Shown: positions 20,466-30,198, numbered from the stretch's first letter. The stretch: DNA of 64,000 nt from Gammaproteobacteria bacterium (GCA_013152415.1 JAADGI010000018.1:13046-77045), one strand, 5' to 3'. Program-made: numbers and translations. Notes: generated from the sequence alone by a model not told the origin.

Positions 20466-20528
20466 AACACCGAGCGTAAAACAAATATTACAGCTAAACT
20501 ATGGGATATAACGTCAGAGGGCATCATA

Positions 20529-20873
20529 GTGATTACGACACAAGAAGATAAAAACCTGATAGGAATAAAAGTGTTTGGGGAGCTGACTATAGCAGATTTT
20601 CGAGAATTCGAGGACGCGGTCACCGACGAACTGGAACGTTATCAGAAGATTGACCTACTCGTGGACCTGAGTGAAATGACCGGCTTTACCCTGGACGCCG
20701 CACTCGAAGATATTCAGTTTAATCGCCAACACGCTCATGACTTTAAACGCATTGCCATAGTCACTGATAGTCAGTGGTTGACGTGGTTATCCTGGCTGTC
20801 AGGAACATTCACCCAGGCTGAGGTCCAAACCTTTCCCGATATTGCCAGTGCCAATGATTGGCTGGCAGGCTAA
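20529..20873 (+). CDS. SpoIIAA-like (STAS/SEC14) protein
   Basis: GTG start at 20529 after GAGG. VFGELTIADF, LLVDLSEMTGFT, RIAIVTD.QW, A.DWL. Confidence 0.8.
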   Translation: MITTQEDKNLIGIKVFGELTIADFREFEDAVTDELERYQKIDLLVDLSEMTGFTLDAALEDIQFNRQHAHDFKRIAIVTDSQWLTWLSWLSGTFTQAEVQTFPDIASANDWLAG

Positions 20874-20914
20874 GCCTTGAGGTCCTCTAGTCCTCTGAGG
20901 AACAAAAGCCTGGC

Positions 20915-21337
20915 TTAGTGGGCCAGGGGCGTAAAACCAAAGTCACCCCGCCACGTCCCCCGGGAATAATCCAGGCTCAACCACCGTGGAGCAATCCGAG
21001 AATCATGTTGCAAGGGAAAATCAATCACGTCGGGTTCATCCACTATGTCACTGACCCGGCAGCGCCGGGTCATAACGGGGCGAAAACTGATGGACACCCG
21101 ACTATTCAAATTAACCAGGCTGTGTTCCTTGCGAGGCGTGGACAGCACATTTACCCGCTTTCGAATCAGGCAGCTAAAGTAAAGCTCCATCTCAAAATGG
21201 ACCGGCTGATTGACACGCTCTAGGGCAGACTGTGCCCGTTTGGTGAGCACCACCTGCAGTAACCGCTCACCCATTTTGATCTGACGTATCGCATTGGTAT
21301 CCACATGAGTATCCTCTAGGTCAGGCTGATAGTGCAT
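20915..21337 (-). CDS. Hypothetical protein
   Basis: EMELYFSCLIRKRV, FRPVMT..C and WL.LDY..G.W.GDFG give a globular, conserved-looking pattern. Start uncertain. Confidence 0.7.
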   Translation of the reverse strand: MHYQPDLEDTHVDTNAIRQIKMGERLLQVVLTKRAQSALERVNQPVHFEMELYFSCLIRKRVNVLSTPRKEHSLVNLNSRVSISFRPVMTRRCRVSDIVDEPDVIDFPLQHDSRIAPRWLSLDYSRGTWRGDFGFTPLAH

Positions 21338-21534
21338 CGCGCACGTGTTTGAATATTTACTAAGGAAAACGGAAGTTGCCCGACATCGCTATCGGTAAGA
21401 CTATCATCAGACAAAAAAATTCCCCTCGCACCAGGACCATAGCCAGGCTGTCCGGGGAATCACTGGCCAAACGATCTGCTACAATCTGCCTGATGCACCG
21501 CAACACAAGCAACCCCTATCGGACCTGATGTACC

Positions 21535-22197
21535 ATGACCATACCCTATTTTGACTGGGACCAACTCGACACCCTATTCCTGGACATGGACGGGACCCTG
21601 CTCGATCTCAATTTTGACAATCATTTCTGGCAAATACACGTACCCAAGCGTTACGGCGAAAAACACGGCATCAGTACCGACCAGGCTTTGGCCCAGCTCA
21701 TCCCCCGTTTTCGTGCCGCCGAAGGTCGCCTGGATTGGTACTGTGTGGATTATTGGAGCAATGAACTGGATATGGACATCGCTCTGCTCAAAGAAGAAGT
21801 GGACCACCTCATTGCCGTCCACCCCGATGTCCTCGAGTTTCTCACCACCATGCGACAGATGGAGAAACGACTGACCCTGGTAACCAATGCCCACGGCAAA
21901 AGCATTGACATCAAAATGCGCAAGACCGTCCTGGGACAACACCTGGACCGGATCATCAGCTCCCATGACATCGGCACTGCCAAAGAACAAGACGGATTTT
22001 GGGTGCAGTTACAACAAAAAGAGGCCTTTGATCCAGCACGTACCCTACTGGTGGACGACAGCCTGCCGGTACTGCGTGCCGCACGCCGCTTCGGCATGAC
22101 GCATTTACTGGCCATCCATAAACCCGATTCAAAACAACCGATAAAAGACGTGGAAGAATTCAGCGCCATCCACAGCTTCGCGGAAATAATGCCATAA
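21535..22197 (+). CDS. yrfG: GMP/IMP nucleotidase (HAD family)
   Basis: LDMDGTLLDL.FD..FW, L.WYC.DYWS, LVTNAH, LLVDDSLPVL. Near nudE. Confidence 0.92.
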   Translation: MTIPYFDWDQLDTLFLDMDGTLLDLNFDNHFWQIHVPKRYGEKHGISTDQALAQLIPRFRAAEGRLDWYCVDYWSNELDMDIALLKEEVDHLIAVHPDVLEFLTTMRQMEKRLTLVTNAHGKSIDIKMRKTVLGQHLDRIISSHDIGTAKEQDGFWVQLQQKEAFDPARTLLVDDSLPVLRAARRFGMTHLLAIHKPDSKQPIKDVEEFSAIHSFAEIMP

Positions 22198-22296
22198 AGA
22201 ATCGGGGACAGGTGACAAAAAGAATACCCAGCAAGTACTTACAAGCAAACGCACTGAAACAACGAAGCCTTTGAATCAAACAATGGCAGAATCAAC

Positions 22297-22722
22297 ATGG
22301 TAAGTGTATTTCTAATCAACAGCATGGTCGTCGCGATTGCCGTAATCATTCACTACGAATTCCTGATTCAGCTTTCCGCCCTTATGCCAAAGATGAAAAT
22401 CAGGCATCGTTTTAGAATAGTGCTTGGGGTCTTCGGGGCACTCATCGCCCATGCGGTCGAAATATGGATATTTGCATTCGCTTACTATTTCATGCACCAG
22501 GCAGAAAAATGGGGGACTTTGGTGGGAAACTTTTCTGGCAGCTTGGTGGATTGTGCCTATTTTTCGTTTACAACATTTACCACCCTGGGCTTCGGTGATA
22601 TTGAACCCCTGGGTGATCTGAGGTATTTGACGGGCATCGAATCACTCACTGGCCTGGTCCTGATTACCTGGACAGCTTCTTTCTTGTATTATGAAATGCA
22701 ACGCTTCTGGGGTTCGAAATAA
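22297..22722 (+). CDS. Small potassium-channel-family pore protein
   Basis: YFSFTTFTTLGFGDI.P pore helix and filter, flanked by TM helices. Confidence 0.85.
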   Translation: MVSVFLINSMVVAIAVIIHYEFLIQLSALMPKMKIRHRFRIVLGVFGALIAHAVEIWIFAFAYYFMHQAEKWGTLVGNFSGSLVDCAYFSFTTFTTLGFGDIEPLGDLRYLTGIESLTGLVLITWTASFLYYEMQRFWGSK

Positions 22723-22813
22723 ACACCTGCGAACAAATCAAGAAAAAGATACCTGCTCTGCTTAGGGCTCCCTTTACCACCCCTGGGACACTCTTCCCCA
22801 CAGACCCTATCCA

Positions 22814-23242
22814 TCACTTATCTTTTTCTTTCGCCCACTTCTTAAAACGATTGTCCCATTTTTTATAACGTTTCTTGCAATACGTCACCAGAGAATCGTA
22901 GTCCTTAAAATACAAATCAAAATCATCGGCACCGGCAAGGCCGTCAAATTCGCAACCGTCATTGGTATGCTCACGACACACCTGGGGGCGTTCCTCGTAA
23001 ATGCCACAGCGCCCATCGGCTTCAAGATGCATACACCGGGTGGGAAGCAGCAAGAACCATCCATCGTCATCTTTGTAGGCTTCCGTATCCTTATGAGACA
23101 CCTGCCACAACAACGTATCAAAGTCCTCCATGGAGCGAGGAGTATCGATCTGTTGAGTGATGTAGGTACAACAGTTAGAGCCCTTACAAAAACTGCATTT
23201 ATTTTCCGATGTAATCTCTACATCAACGGGAATTTGCTTCAT
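22814..23242 (-). CDS. YkgJ-family (CxxCxxCC) cysteine-cluster protein
   Basis: CSFCKGSNCC...CMHL...CGIYEERPQVCREH...CEF. ATG at 23242. Confidence 0.88.
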   Translation of the reverse strand: MKQIPVDVEITSENKCSFCKGSNCCTYITQQIDTPRSMEDFDTLLWQVSHKDTEAYKDDDGWFLLLPTRCMHLEADGRCGIYEERPQVCREHTNDGCEFDGLAGADDFDLYFKDYDSLVTYCKKRYKKWDNRFKKWAKEKDK

Positions 23243-23329
23243 TGAAAACCTTTCTATTGTGGCGTAGCGAAAATCTGGGGCGCAGTGTAACAGACCCGGT
23301 TCGGGCAATAAAAGAACGCCTAAACTGGG

Positions 23330-24133
23330 TTAAAAGCCCCAACCCAAACCCACATAACCCAGCTTTTGATAGCGATCAGTCACGATCGGGCTGTTGGCAG
23401 CATCATCACCCAGACGACGCAGGGAAACTCCCGAAATCAATCGCCAATGCTCATCAAACCGGTACTCCGAAATAAAGGCCAGGGTATAGTTCAAGGTACC
23501 GCTCGGGCTATAGACCGAGCGGAATATAGTGGCTTCTGAAGGCGTCACACCGTAGTAGTAATTCACTACGTTGCGACTTAACCACTCGACAGCAGCAGAG
23601 CCTGCGAGTGTAAGCCCCTGGTTTTGGTAAAAAGGGACGCTAACTTTGAGGTTGGCAGAATTACCGTCGGCGGTACTGCTGATATCCGTATCATAAGACG
23701 CCTCTAGCAAAACACCTATAGGTGTCCGCCAATACAGGGCCACACCCGCTTCCAGGGATGTCTCGCGACCCCCCATCCCAGACAGCACATCGCCATCCCC
23801 GGCACCATAACCACCACGAGGCTCAACCGCCAGACCCAATTTCAGGCTACGATCATCCGTATGATATAGCCATACACCCGCTCGCTTGACCTTAAAATAA
23901 TATTTATCCTTGTAGCTTGCTATCAACACGGGAAGCAGGCTTAGTTTATTACTTGCCGAACCGGAATAGTCTGGTGAAGAAATCACCGCCACACCTACCG
24001 CGCCCTTTAGCTCCGTGCCCAGCTCATCCAGAGATGGGATATAGTCACCGATCTTGCTGACCAGGCTACCCGCAAGCACTGGGGGTGTTGTCAGCAACCC
24101 CAGCAGTATTCCCGTTATGATTCTTATGTCCAT
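23330..24133 (-). CDS. MipA/OmpV-family outer-membrane protein
   Basis: Signal peptide, PDYSGS, YYYGV...EA, L.D.A.NSPIV, C-terminal aromatic (WGF). Confidence 0.85.
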   Translation of the reverse strand: MDIRIITGILLGLLTTPPVLAGSLVSKIGDYIPSLDELGTELKGAVGVAVISSPDYSGSASNKLSLLPVLIASYKDKYYFKVKRAGVWLYHTDDRSLKLGLAVEPRGGYGAGDGDVLSGMGGRETSLEAGVALYWRTPIGVLLEASYDTDISSTADGNSANLKVSVPFYQNQGLTLAGSAAVEWLSRNVVNYYYGVTPSEATIFRSVYSPSGTLNYTLAFISEYRFDEHWRLISGVSLRRLGDDAANSPIVTDRYQKLGYVGLGWGF

Positions 24134-24252
24134 ATCCTCTTTTCAAGAATGACGTAAATTGAATTTTGCCAGCTACTATGCTGTGTAGGCAAGTAGCAGT
24201 GATAAATAGACCCCACTCTAGGGGACTCTCGCATACCCATCAAGCACCCAAT

Positions 24253-25383
24253 TTAGGCCACCTGCTTTCTAAAAATTCGCCGTCTCTTGTGCAGCACCGG
24301 ATTGAAATGCTTCCATTGCGCTTGCACCTTCTTGTTTGACTCCAACTCCGGATTGGACTCTGCCGCACTAAAACCCAGATCCAAAGCCACTTCAATCATC
24401 TGCAATTGCATAAGCAGATCTACACCTTTACCTCGATATTGAGCCCTAATCCCGGCCAGGTAAAAATCCAAAATATCGTAGCTGTGCAAGGATTTGAGGA
24501 TATGCCACCACCCCAGGGGCAAGAGCCGTCCTCTGGCTTTTTGAAACCCCCGTGACAAGCTGGGCATAGCCAGCATAAAACCAACCATCTCATCGCGCTC
24601 GTTAACGGCAATCTTGACCGTACGGTAGTTCACAAAAGAAATATATTTCTTGATATAGTAGCGCATCTGATCCTTGCTCAAGGGTACGCTACCGTAAATT
24701 TCTTCAAAAGTTTCATCCACCAACCGAAAGAGCTCCGGAGCCCGCCTTAAAAGCTGACGCTTATTTTCGAAATTGACTACCCTCAACTTCGACCGCTGGC
24801 GCACACGTTCGGCAATACGCGTCAATTTTGATGGAATACCTGTCTCGGTGGGTGCCGGGGTAAGAAACTCCACATAGTCGACCTCTTTTTCAAAACCACA
24901 ACGCTCTGTCAGTTCCACGTAATAGGGATAATTGTAGTAAGTCGCTATCGTAGGCAACTGATCATAGCCCTGCGTCAACATACCTTGGGGATCGAAATCG
25001 CAAAATCCATGGGGACCCGTCAATGTTTCCATGCCCAACTCTCGAGCCCATGCCTCCACCGCTACAAACAAACTACGGGCAACCTCCAACTCATTGATGG
25101 TATCGAACCAACCAAAGCGAAGATTCTTGGTTTGATACTTTTTGTTAGCGGCATGATTCAAAATAGCGGCAATACGCCCCACCGGCACACCATCTCGATA
25201 GGCCACAAACAATCTCGTCTGAGCCGTCTCGTAGGCCGGATTCTTCTTGGGATTAAAGGTCGCCAGATCATCACTAATCAGTGGGGGCACCCAGTAAGGA
25301 CTGTCCCGATACAGGGCGAAAGGTACACCAATAAATGTCTTGAGTTCACGGCGACAGGATACTGTTTTAATGGTTATAGACAT
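24253..25383 (-). CDS. GNAT-fold acyltransferase-like protein (YghO-like)
   Basis: LY.DSPYWVPPL, VGRIAA, RFGWFD, YNYPYY, PELESN, HKRRRIF. Confidence 0.75.
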   Translation of the reverse strand: MSITIKTVSCRRELKTFIGVPFALYRDSPYWVPPLISDDLATFNPKKNPAYETAQTRLFVAYRDGVPVGRIAAILNHAANKKYQTKNLRFGWFDTINELEVARSLFVAVEAWARELGMETLTGPHGFCDFDPQGMLTQGYDQLPTIATYYNYPYYVELTERCGFEKEVDYVEFLTPAPTETGIPSKLTRIAERVRQRSKLRVVNFENKRQLLRRAPELFRLVDETFEEIYGSVPLSKDQMRYYIKKYISFVNYRTVKIAVNERDEMVGFMLAMPSLSRGFQKARGRLLPLGWWHILKSLHSYDILDFYLAGIRAQYRGKGVDLLMQLQMIEVALDLGFSAAESNPELESNKKVQAQWKHFNPVLHKRRRIFRKQVA

Positions 25384-25531
25384 GGCTGACTATTTAAAGG
25401 CCTCTTAATGGACGCAATAGAACCATCAATCTAAACAGGACCGACCCAGCATGCAAGCTCGCCATACTGGGCCAGGAGCTTGTCCCAGCACCAGGGGCAA
25501 TCAATTGCTTCATAACTAAGGAAAACGAAAG

Positions 25532-25633
25532 TTACCCGACATCCTTTATCAGCGGGACACGGTGAATACGTCCCTGTACGCTTGATGGCAGCGTCCATGC
25601 TGCCAACACCCGCTGATAAAGGATGTCGGGTAA
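25532..25633. repeat. 102-bp palindromic intergenic element (MITE/REP-like) with perfect 25-bp inverted arms
   Basis: TTACCCGACATCCTTTATCAGCGGG (25532-25556) and its exact reverse complement (25609-25633) flank a 52-bp core that has its own GGCAGC/GCTGCC hairpin. Confidence 0.8.
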
Positions 25634-25737
25634 GCAATGAACTCATTAGTAGATGTAGTTTCAGGATTTGCCTTGATCTAGGGTTGAGATAATTATTAAA
25701 TACCGGACCCTGACCTGATTATGGCCAAAGAGATAAT

Positions 25738-26154
25738 GTGAGACACTATATCCGTCATCCCGCCGATATTCCGATTGAAATCACCACAACCGAAGACGGC
25801 AATAAAACGAGTGAACCTCTGTCCAATATTAGCCCCGGGGGAGTGGCCTTCCGATCTAAAACAAAACTCGATATTGGCACCTCACTCAATATCCGAATCG
25901 ACCTGGTTAACCCACCCTTTGAGACCCGTGCACGCGTAGTATGGTGCCAACCCAAAGCCCCATACTACGAAGTGGGGGCTGAGTTGCTTGATAAAGAGGC
26001 CGTATTCCAGGCGAGAATGGTCGAGCAAATTTGCCACATTGAGCACTATCGGAAAGAAGTACAGCGGGCGGAAGGTCGATCATTAAGTGGTCGAGAGGCG
26101 GCACTGGAATGGATAGAAAAATACGCCGACCGCTTTCCCAGTCTGGATGACTGA
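25738..26154 (+). CDS. PilZ-domain protein
   Basis: RHYIR (RxxxR) and NISPGG (D/NxSxxG) c-di-GMP-binding motifs, ARVVWC. Confidence 0.9.
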   Translation: MRHYIRHPADIPIEITTTEDGNKTSEPLSNISPGGVAFRSKTKLDIGTSLNIRIDLVNPPFETRARVVWCQPKAPYYEVGAELLDKEAVFQARMVEQICHIEHYRKEVQRAEGRSLSGREAALEWIEKYADRFPSLDD

Positions 26155-26260
26155 TTCGACCCGATAGGCCTTGAACATACCGAGACGATCCCAACCTACA
26201 ATTGCCTTAATAAATAAAGGTATCAGGATACTGATAACTCAAGGCTCACCCACACCCAGC

Positions 26261-27484
26261 TTAGCTCGCCACCGCAGCAAAGAACCTAAAACAATTTCCT
26301 GATCCCTTGGCATTGTACATGGCACTATCCGCGTGACGGATCAGCACCTGCGGTGTAATGGCAGAATGGCCAACATCGAACATAGCGATGCCTATACTGG
26401 GTGTCACTGAGACATCGAAACCATCGACACAATAGGGGGGCTTCATCACTTGTATGATTTTTCGCGCCACACCGATAGCATCGTCCTTTGAACGCACCGC
26501 TTCCATGATATAGGCGAACTCATCGCCCCCATACCTCGCCACTGTATCGCTGCGCCGGGCACATCGCTTCAATCGCTTGGCCACAGCCTTCAACAGCTCA
26601 TCGCCAACATGGTGCCCCAGGTTGTCATTGATCAGCTTAAAACCATCCAGATCTATAAATAACAAAGCCAACTGCCGCTTGTTCCGTTGCGCCCGGGCCA
26701 AACCCGTGTCTAAACGATCCCAAAGTAATGCACGATTGGGTAAGCCGGTAAGTTCATCATGGTGGGCACGGTGCGCGAGCTGACGCTCGTGCTTCTTGCG
26801 CTCTGTAATATCAACAAAAGAAAGTTGCAGGTTCATCGTGGGACTGGAGATCACGCTTATCAACACCTCAAGGCGTCGACCCTGTTGGCTGCGGCAAACG
26901 ACTTCATGCTCCAGGACCCCCTGATGCCCCAACAACAACTTGAGCACCAACACCACGGCCTCATCGGCACCCCCGCACCAATTTGTGAGAGGACCCTGCA
27001 GACTTGATTTGTGATCCACCCCAAAGAGTGTACAGGCGGCTACATTGGCGTCACGCACTCTTAGTTTCTTGGCCGCCTGGGCCCGCCATTTTGGGTGTTT
27101 AAGCAGGAAGGCCTTCAGTTCAGTGCTATCCCGAATCGGGAGTTTGTCTAATTGGGACTGCAACCGACTTAAATCAAGTTCCACCAAACAAGCGGGGGCA
27201 TGCTCAAACAACTGTTGGTAACGTTTCTTTTCCAGGCGCAGACGCTCTGTCGCCCGGCGTTGACGACTGACCTCACCCTGGGCAACCTGGTAGCCCCGTA
27301 GCGCGGCATGACCCAATGTGCTCAGACCTCGATCCTTTCTCAGCCAACCGTGTTGCTCGGCCAATATAAGCAGGGGCCTGTTTTTGGATGCACAGGGGAC
27401 ACTGCGATGCTGGCCCGCATCCAACCACGCCAGAACGGCCGCCTCCAGGCTCGACCCTCCCCTGAAATCACTGATGATCTCCAC
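26261..27484 (-). CDS. PAS-GGDEF diguanylate cyclase
   Basis: RYQQLFEHAP...DITERK PAS boundaries, HDELTGLPNR, IDLDGFK, I-site RRSD, intact GGDEF. Confidence 0.92.
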   Translation of the reverse strand: MEIISDFRGGSSLEAAVLAWLDAGQHRSVPCASKNRPLLILAEQHGWLRKDRGLSTLGHAALRGYQVAQGEVSRQRRATERLRLEKKRYQQLFEHAPACLVELDLSRLQSQLDKLPIRDSTELKAFLLKHPKWRAQAAKKLRVRDANVAACTLFGVDHKSSLQGPLTNWCGGADEAVVLVLKLLLGHQGVLEHEVVCRSQQGRRLEVLISVISSPTMNLQLSFVDITERKKHERQLAHRAHHDELTGLPNRALLWDRLDTGLARAQRNKRQLALLFIDLDGFKLINDNLGHHVGDELLKAVAKRLKRCARRSDTVARYGGDEFAYIMEAVRSKDDAIGVARKIIQVMKPPYCVDGFDVSVTPSIGIAMFDVGHSAITPQVLIRHADSAMYNAKGSGNCFRFFAAVAS

Positions 27485-27543
27485 GTTTCAATCCTCTGCC
27501 ACGCAGGTAATTACTTGGACTTAATTTCAAGTGTAGACGATAA

Positions 27544-27674
27544 AATCAATAAGTTAAGTAAATTAGTTAAGAGTCTAAGTTAATTAGACCCTGTAACTTG
27601 CAAAAAGAATCGCCCTAATTTTACCCTGCCTACAGCACCCACAAAAATATTATTACTTTAAAATCATATAGTTA
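27544..27674. promoter_or_regulatory. AT-rich control region upstream of the DGC with IHF-like sites and phased repeats
   Basis: AATCAATAAGTTA (27544-27556) and AATCATATAGTTA (27662-27674). AGTTAA at 27552, 27565 and 27578. GTCTAA-N5-TTAGAC at 27573-27589. Confidence 0.45.
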
Positions 27675-27818
27675 TAGTATTTCTAGGGGATGTCATATGG
27701 AATTTCAGAGGATGCGACAGCGGTCCCCAGGCATTAATTGCCTCAAGAAGGGGAAAAGGTGGGTGATCGTAGACAAACCGCCGTGGCACCAACACCCAAA
27801 CCAAGCCCACTTTCGGCC

Positions 27819-28049
27819 TTAGGCCGCCTGGGGTGGAGGCCTTAGGAACAGGGCTTCGGGTTGACTCATCAGATCTTCCGGTACCACGGCAATCCGGAAA
27901 CCCAACTCAATGCTAGGATCAGCCTGAAACAGGCCGGGATAGTTGTGCCGCAGCACCCGATAGTGCCGACGATTGATGAATACCACATTTGGGCGGTATC
28001 CGTGCCGACGCTCAAACCCCTGAACTTGACGTAATATGTGATCAAGCAT
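27819..28049 (-). CDS. Small hypothetical protein (76 aa)
   Basis: ATG after GGGGGTAGG. F..RHGY.PNVVFIN looks natural. Fills an otherwise empty gap. Confidence 0.65.
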   Translation of the reverse strand: MLDHILRQVQGFERRHGYRPNVVFINRRHYRVLRHNYPGLFQADPSIELGFRIAVVPEDLMSQPEALFLRPPPQAA

Positions 28050-28269
28050 CAGTGCCTACCCCCACACAGTCATTCACTACAGAGTATAGACCACACTGCC
28101 CCCCCAATAGTTGCAGGGGGGAAATCCAATAATGGCCGACGAAAGATGCGACGAATGGCTGGAAATAGAGGGTGATTGCACTGTCATTTTAAGTTAACCT
28201 ACTCGCCGGAAACCGTCACAACAAAATACGTTGAGCGGTAGGCACAAAGACGGTTGGAGGAATCGAGAC

Positions 28270-28665
28270 ATGTTAGGCAACAAAAAAAGTGACCAAAAAC
28301 CAGCCGCCATCAACACTATGATCGGTGCCAAAACCGAGGCCATTGGTAATATCTCTTTCCAGGGGGGTATGCGCATAGATGGCAAAGTACACGGTAATGT
28401 CACGGCTGCAGATGACAAGGCTATCTTGATTTTAAGCGGTTCCGCCACGGTCGAAGGGACCGTGGATGCCCCCACGGTCATCGTCAGTGGCTCAATCAAT
28501 GGAAATTTGATTGCCAGAAAGCGGGTGGAACTCCACGCTGATGCCCATGTAGAGGGTGATGTGCATTACTCCTCCCTGGCCATGGACCCCGGGGCCGTCG
28601 TCAATGGTAATCTGTATCACGAACAGGATTACCCAAATAAAGCAGGCACCGTCAAAAACGCCTAG
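28270..28665 (+). CDS. Bactofilin (polymer-forming cytoskeletal protein)
   Basis: TMIG...GNISFQGGMRIDGKVHGNV, V.G.V.A..VIVSG.I.GN, V.GDV.Y..LAMDPGAVVNG. ATG at 28270. Confidence 0.92.
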   Translation: MLGNKKSDQKPAAINTMIGAKTEAIGNISFQGGMRIDGKVHGNVTAADDKAILILSGSATVEGTVDAPTVIVSGSINGNLIARKRVELHADAHVEGDVHYSSLAMDPGAVVNGNLYHEQDYPNKAGTVKNA

Positions 28666-28683
28666 CCCAAGCCCACTCAGCGA

Positions 28684-30198
28684 CTATTTGACCCCGTGCA
28701 TGAGGCGCCTAATCAAGGGTGCCAACAATAACAACAACAGTCCGGCCCCCGTCGAGCTCCCCACCAAGAACCAATACAGGGGCAGACCGGATTCCACCAA
28801 CAAAGATTCCAGCATTCCGGCCAAATAATTGGCTGCAGCTACCGCTGTAAACCAAAACCCCAACATCATCGATACCAACTGGGCCGGTGCCAATTTAGTC
28901 ACCATAGAAAGCCCAATGGGAGACAGGCACAACTCACCTATGGTATGGAGCAAGTACACCCCTAATAGCCATTGCGGACCCACTGTGCCGTACAAATCCG
29001 CTTGCTCCTGGGCTAGCGCCAGTAACACAAAGCCCAAACCCAGAATCAACATACCGATAGCCTGCTTGGTCACCGAAGACAGGGCAAACCGGGAACGGTC
29101 CACGCGTACCCATAATAGTGAAAACAGGGGTGCCAGTACCAATATGAACAGGGGGTTGACCGATTGGAAGTAACTCGCCGGCATAAGCCAGTCACCGATT
29201 TGACGATGGGTCAGCTTGTCGGCAAACAAATTCATGGTGCCACCAGCCTGTTCAAAACCCATCCAAAAGAAGATAACGAACTGACTCATAATGGCGATGG
29301 CGAAAATACGATGCATTTCCACTCGACTCAACCGCCGTCGACCTTGGTTGGCACCGTCAGTGGATTTTTTGCTTAACCCCCACACTCCGGCACGATACAA
29401 GCTGGGGAACCACCACAACAGGGCTACCACAGACAAACCAATCCCCCCCTGCCACAAACCACTCAATCCACTCCACCACCCACTAAAAGTTGCCCACAGG
29501 CCAACAATGCTTAGCACCGTAATGAGCGTCACCATGCTGGTGAATACCACAACCAAGCCATCCCTTGCCGTTAGAGGCCCTTGTTTCAGGTTTCGCTGCC
29601 CGGTTGCAAAAACCCACAACCCGATCACCATGCCGACCCCGGCGGCGGCAAAACCATAGTGCCAACCGTATCGCTCGCCCAAAGTACCGCAGACCAATGG
29701 CGACATGAATGCACCCAAGTTGATGCCCATGTAGAAAATAGTGAAGCCACTGTCGCGTCGGGTATCGTTATCACCATACAGGCTACCCACAATGGTGGAG
29801 ATATTGGGCTTGAAGAACCCATTACCGACCACTAAAAAACCGAGTGCCACGTACAATAGATCCGGCACGGCCATGGTGAAGTGGCCCATGGCCATGACCG
29901 CTGCACCCACCAGTACCGCTCGACGCGCACCCAGGTAACGATCGGCAATATAGCCACCGATGATTGGCGTCAAATACACCAAAGCAGTGTAAGTGGCATA
30001 CAGTTTCAGGGCCTGATCCCGGGGGTACTCCAAGGCATTGACCAGGTACAACACCAACAGGGCGCGCATACCATAGTAACTAAAACGCTCCCACATTTCG
30101 GTGAAGAACAAGGTAGACAAACCCGCTGGATGACGAGGAAATGGGGCTGAATGAATCAGCTTATTAACCCTCCTGGAGCTAAGTTTGAACTCAGGCAT
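28684..30198 (-). CDS. POT/PTR-family peptide:H+ symporter
   Basis: EMWERFSYYGMR (ExxERFxYY), GNGFFKPNIS, FYMGINLG, GELCLSPIGLS. Confidence 0.95.
   Translation of the reverse strand: MPEFKLSSRRVNKLIHSAPFPRHPAGLSTLFFTEMWERFSYYGMRALLVLYLVNALEYPRDQALKLYATYTALVYLTPIIGGYIADRYLGARRAVLVGAAVMAMGHFTMAVPDLLYVALGFLVVGNGFFKPNISTIVGSLYGDNDTRRDSGFTIFYMGINLGAFMSPLVCGTLGERYGWHYGFAAAGVGMVIGLWVFATGQRNLKQGPLTARDGLVVVFTSMVTLITVLSIVGLWATFSGWWSGLSGLWQGGIGLSVVALLWWFPSLYRAGVWGLSKKSTDGANQGRRRLSRVEMHRIFAIAIMSQFVIFFWMGFEQAGGTMNLFADKLTHRQIGDWLMPASYFQSVNPLFILVLAPLFSLLWVRVDRSRFALSSVTKQAIGMLILGLGFVLLALAQEQADLYGTVGPQWLLGVYLLHTIGELCLSPIGLSMVTKLAPAQLVSMMLGFWFTAVAAANYLAGMLESLLVESGLPLYWFLVGSSTGAGLLLLLLAPLIRRLMHGVK

Noticed and set aside
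25431-25646. 71-aa ORF, or 6S RNA, in this gap
   Set aside because: The ORF merely spans the palindromic element. Perfect arms and the absence of the zapA/ygfA context argue against 6S RNA.
27599-27616. Sigma-54 promoter for the DGC
   Set aside because: The GG-to-GC spacing is 11 nt rather than the required 10.
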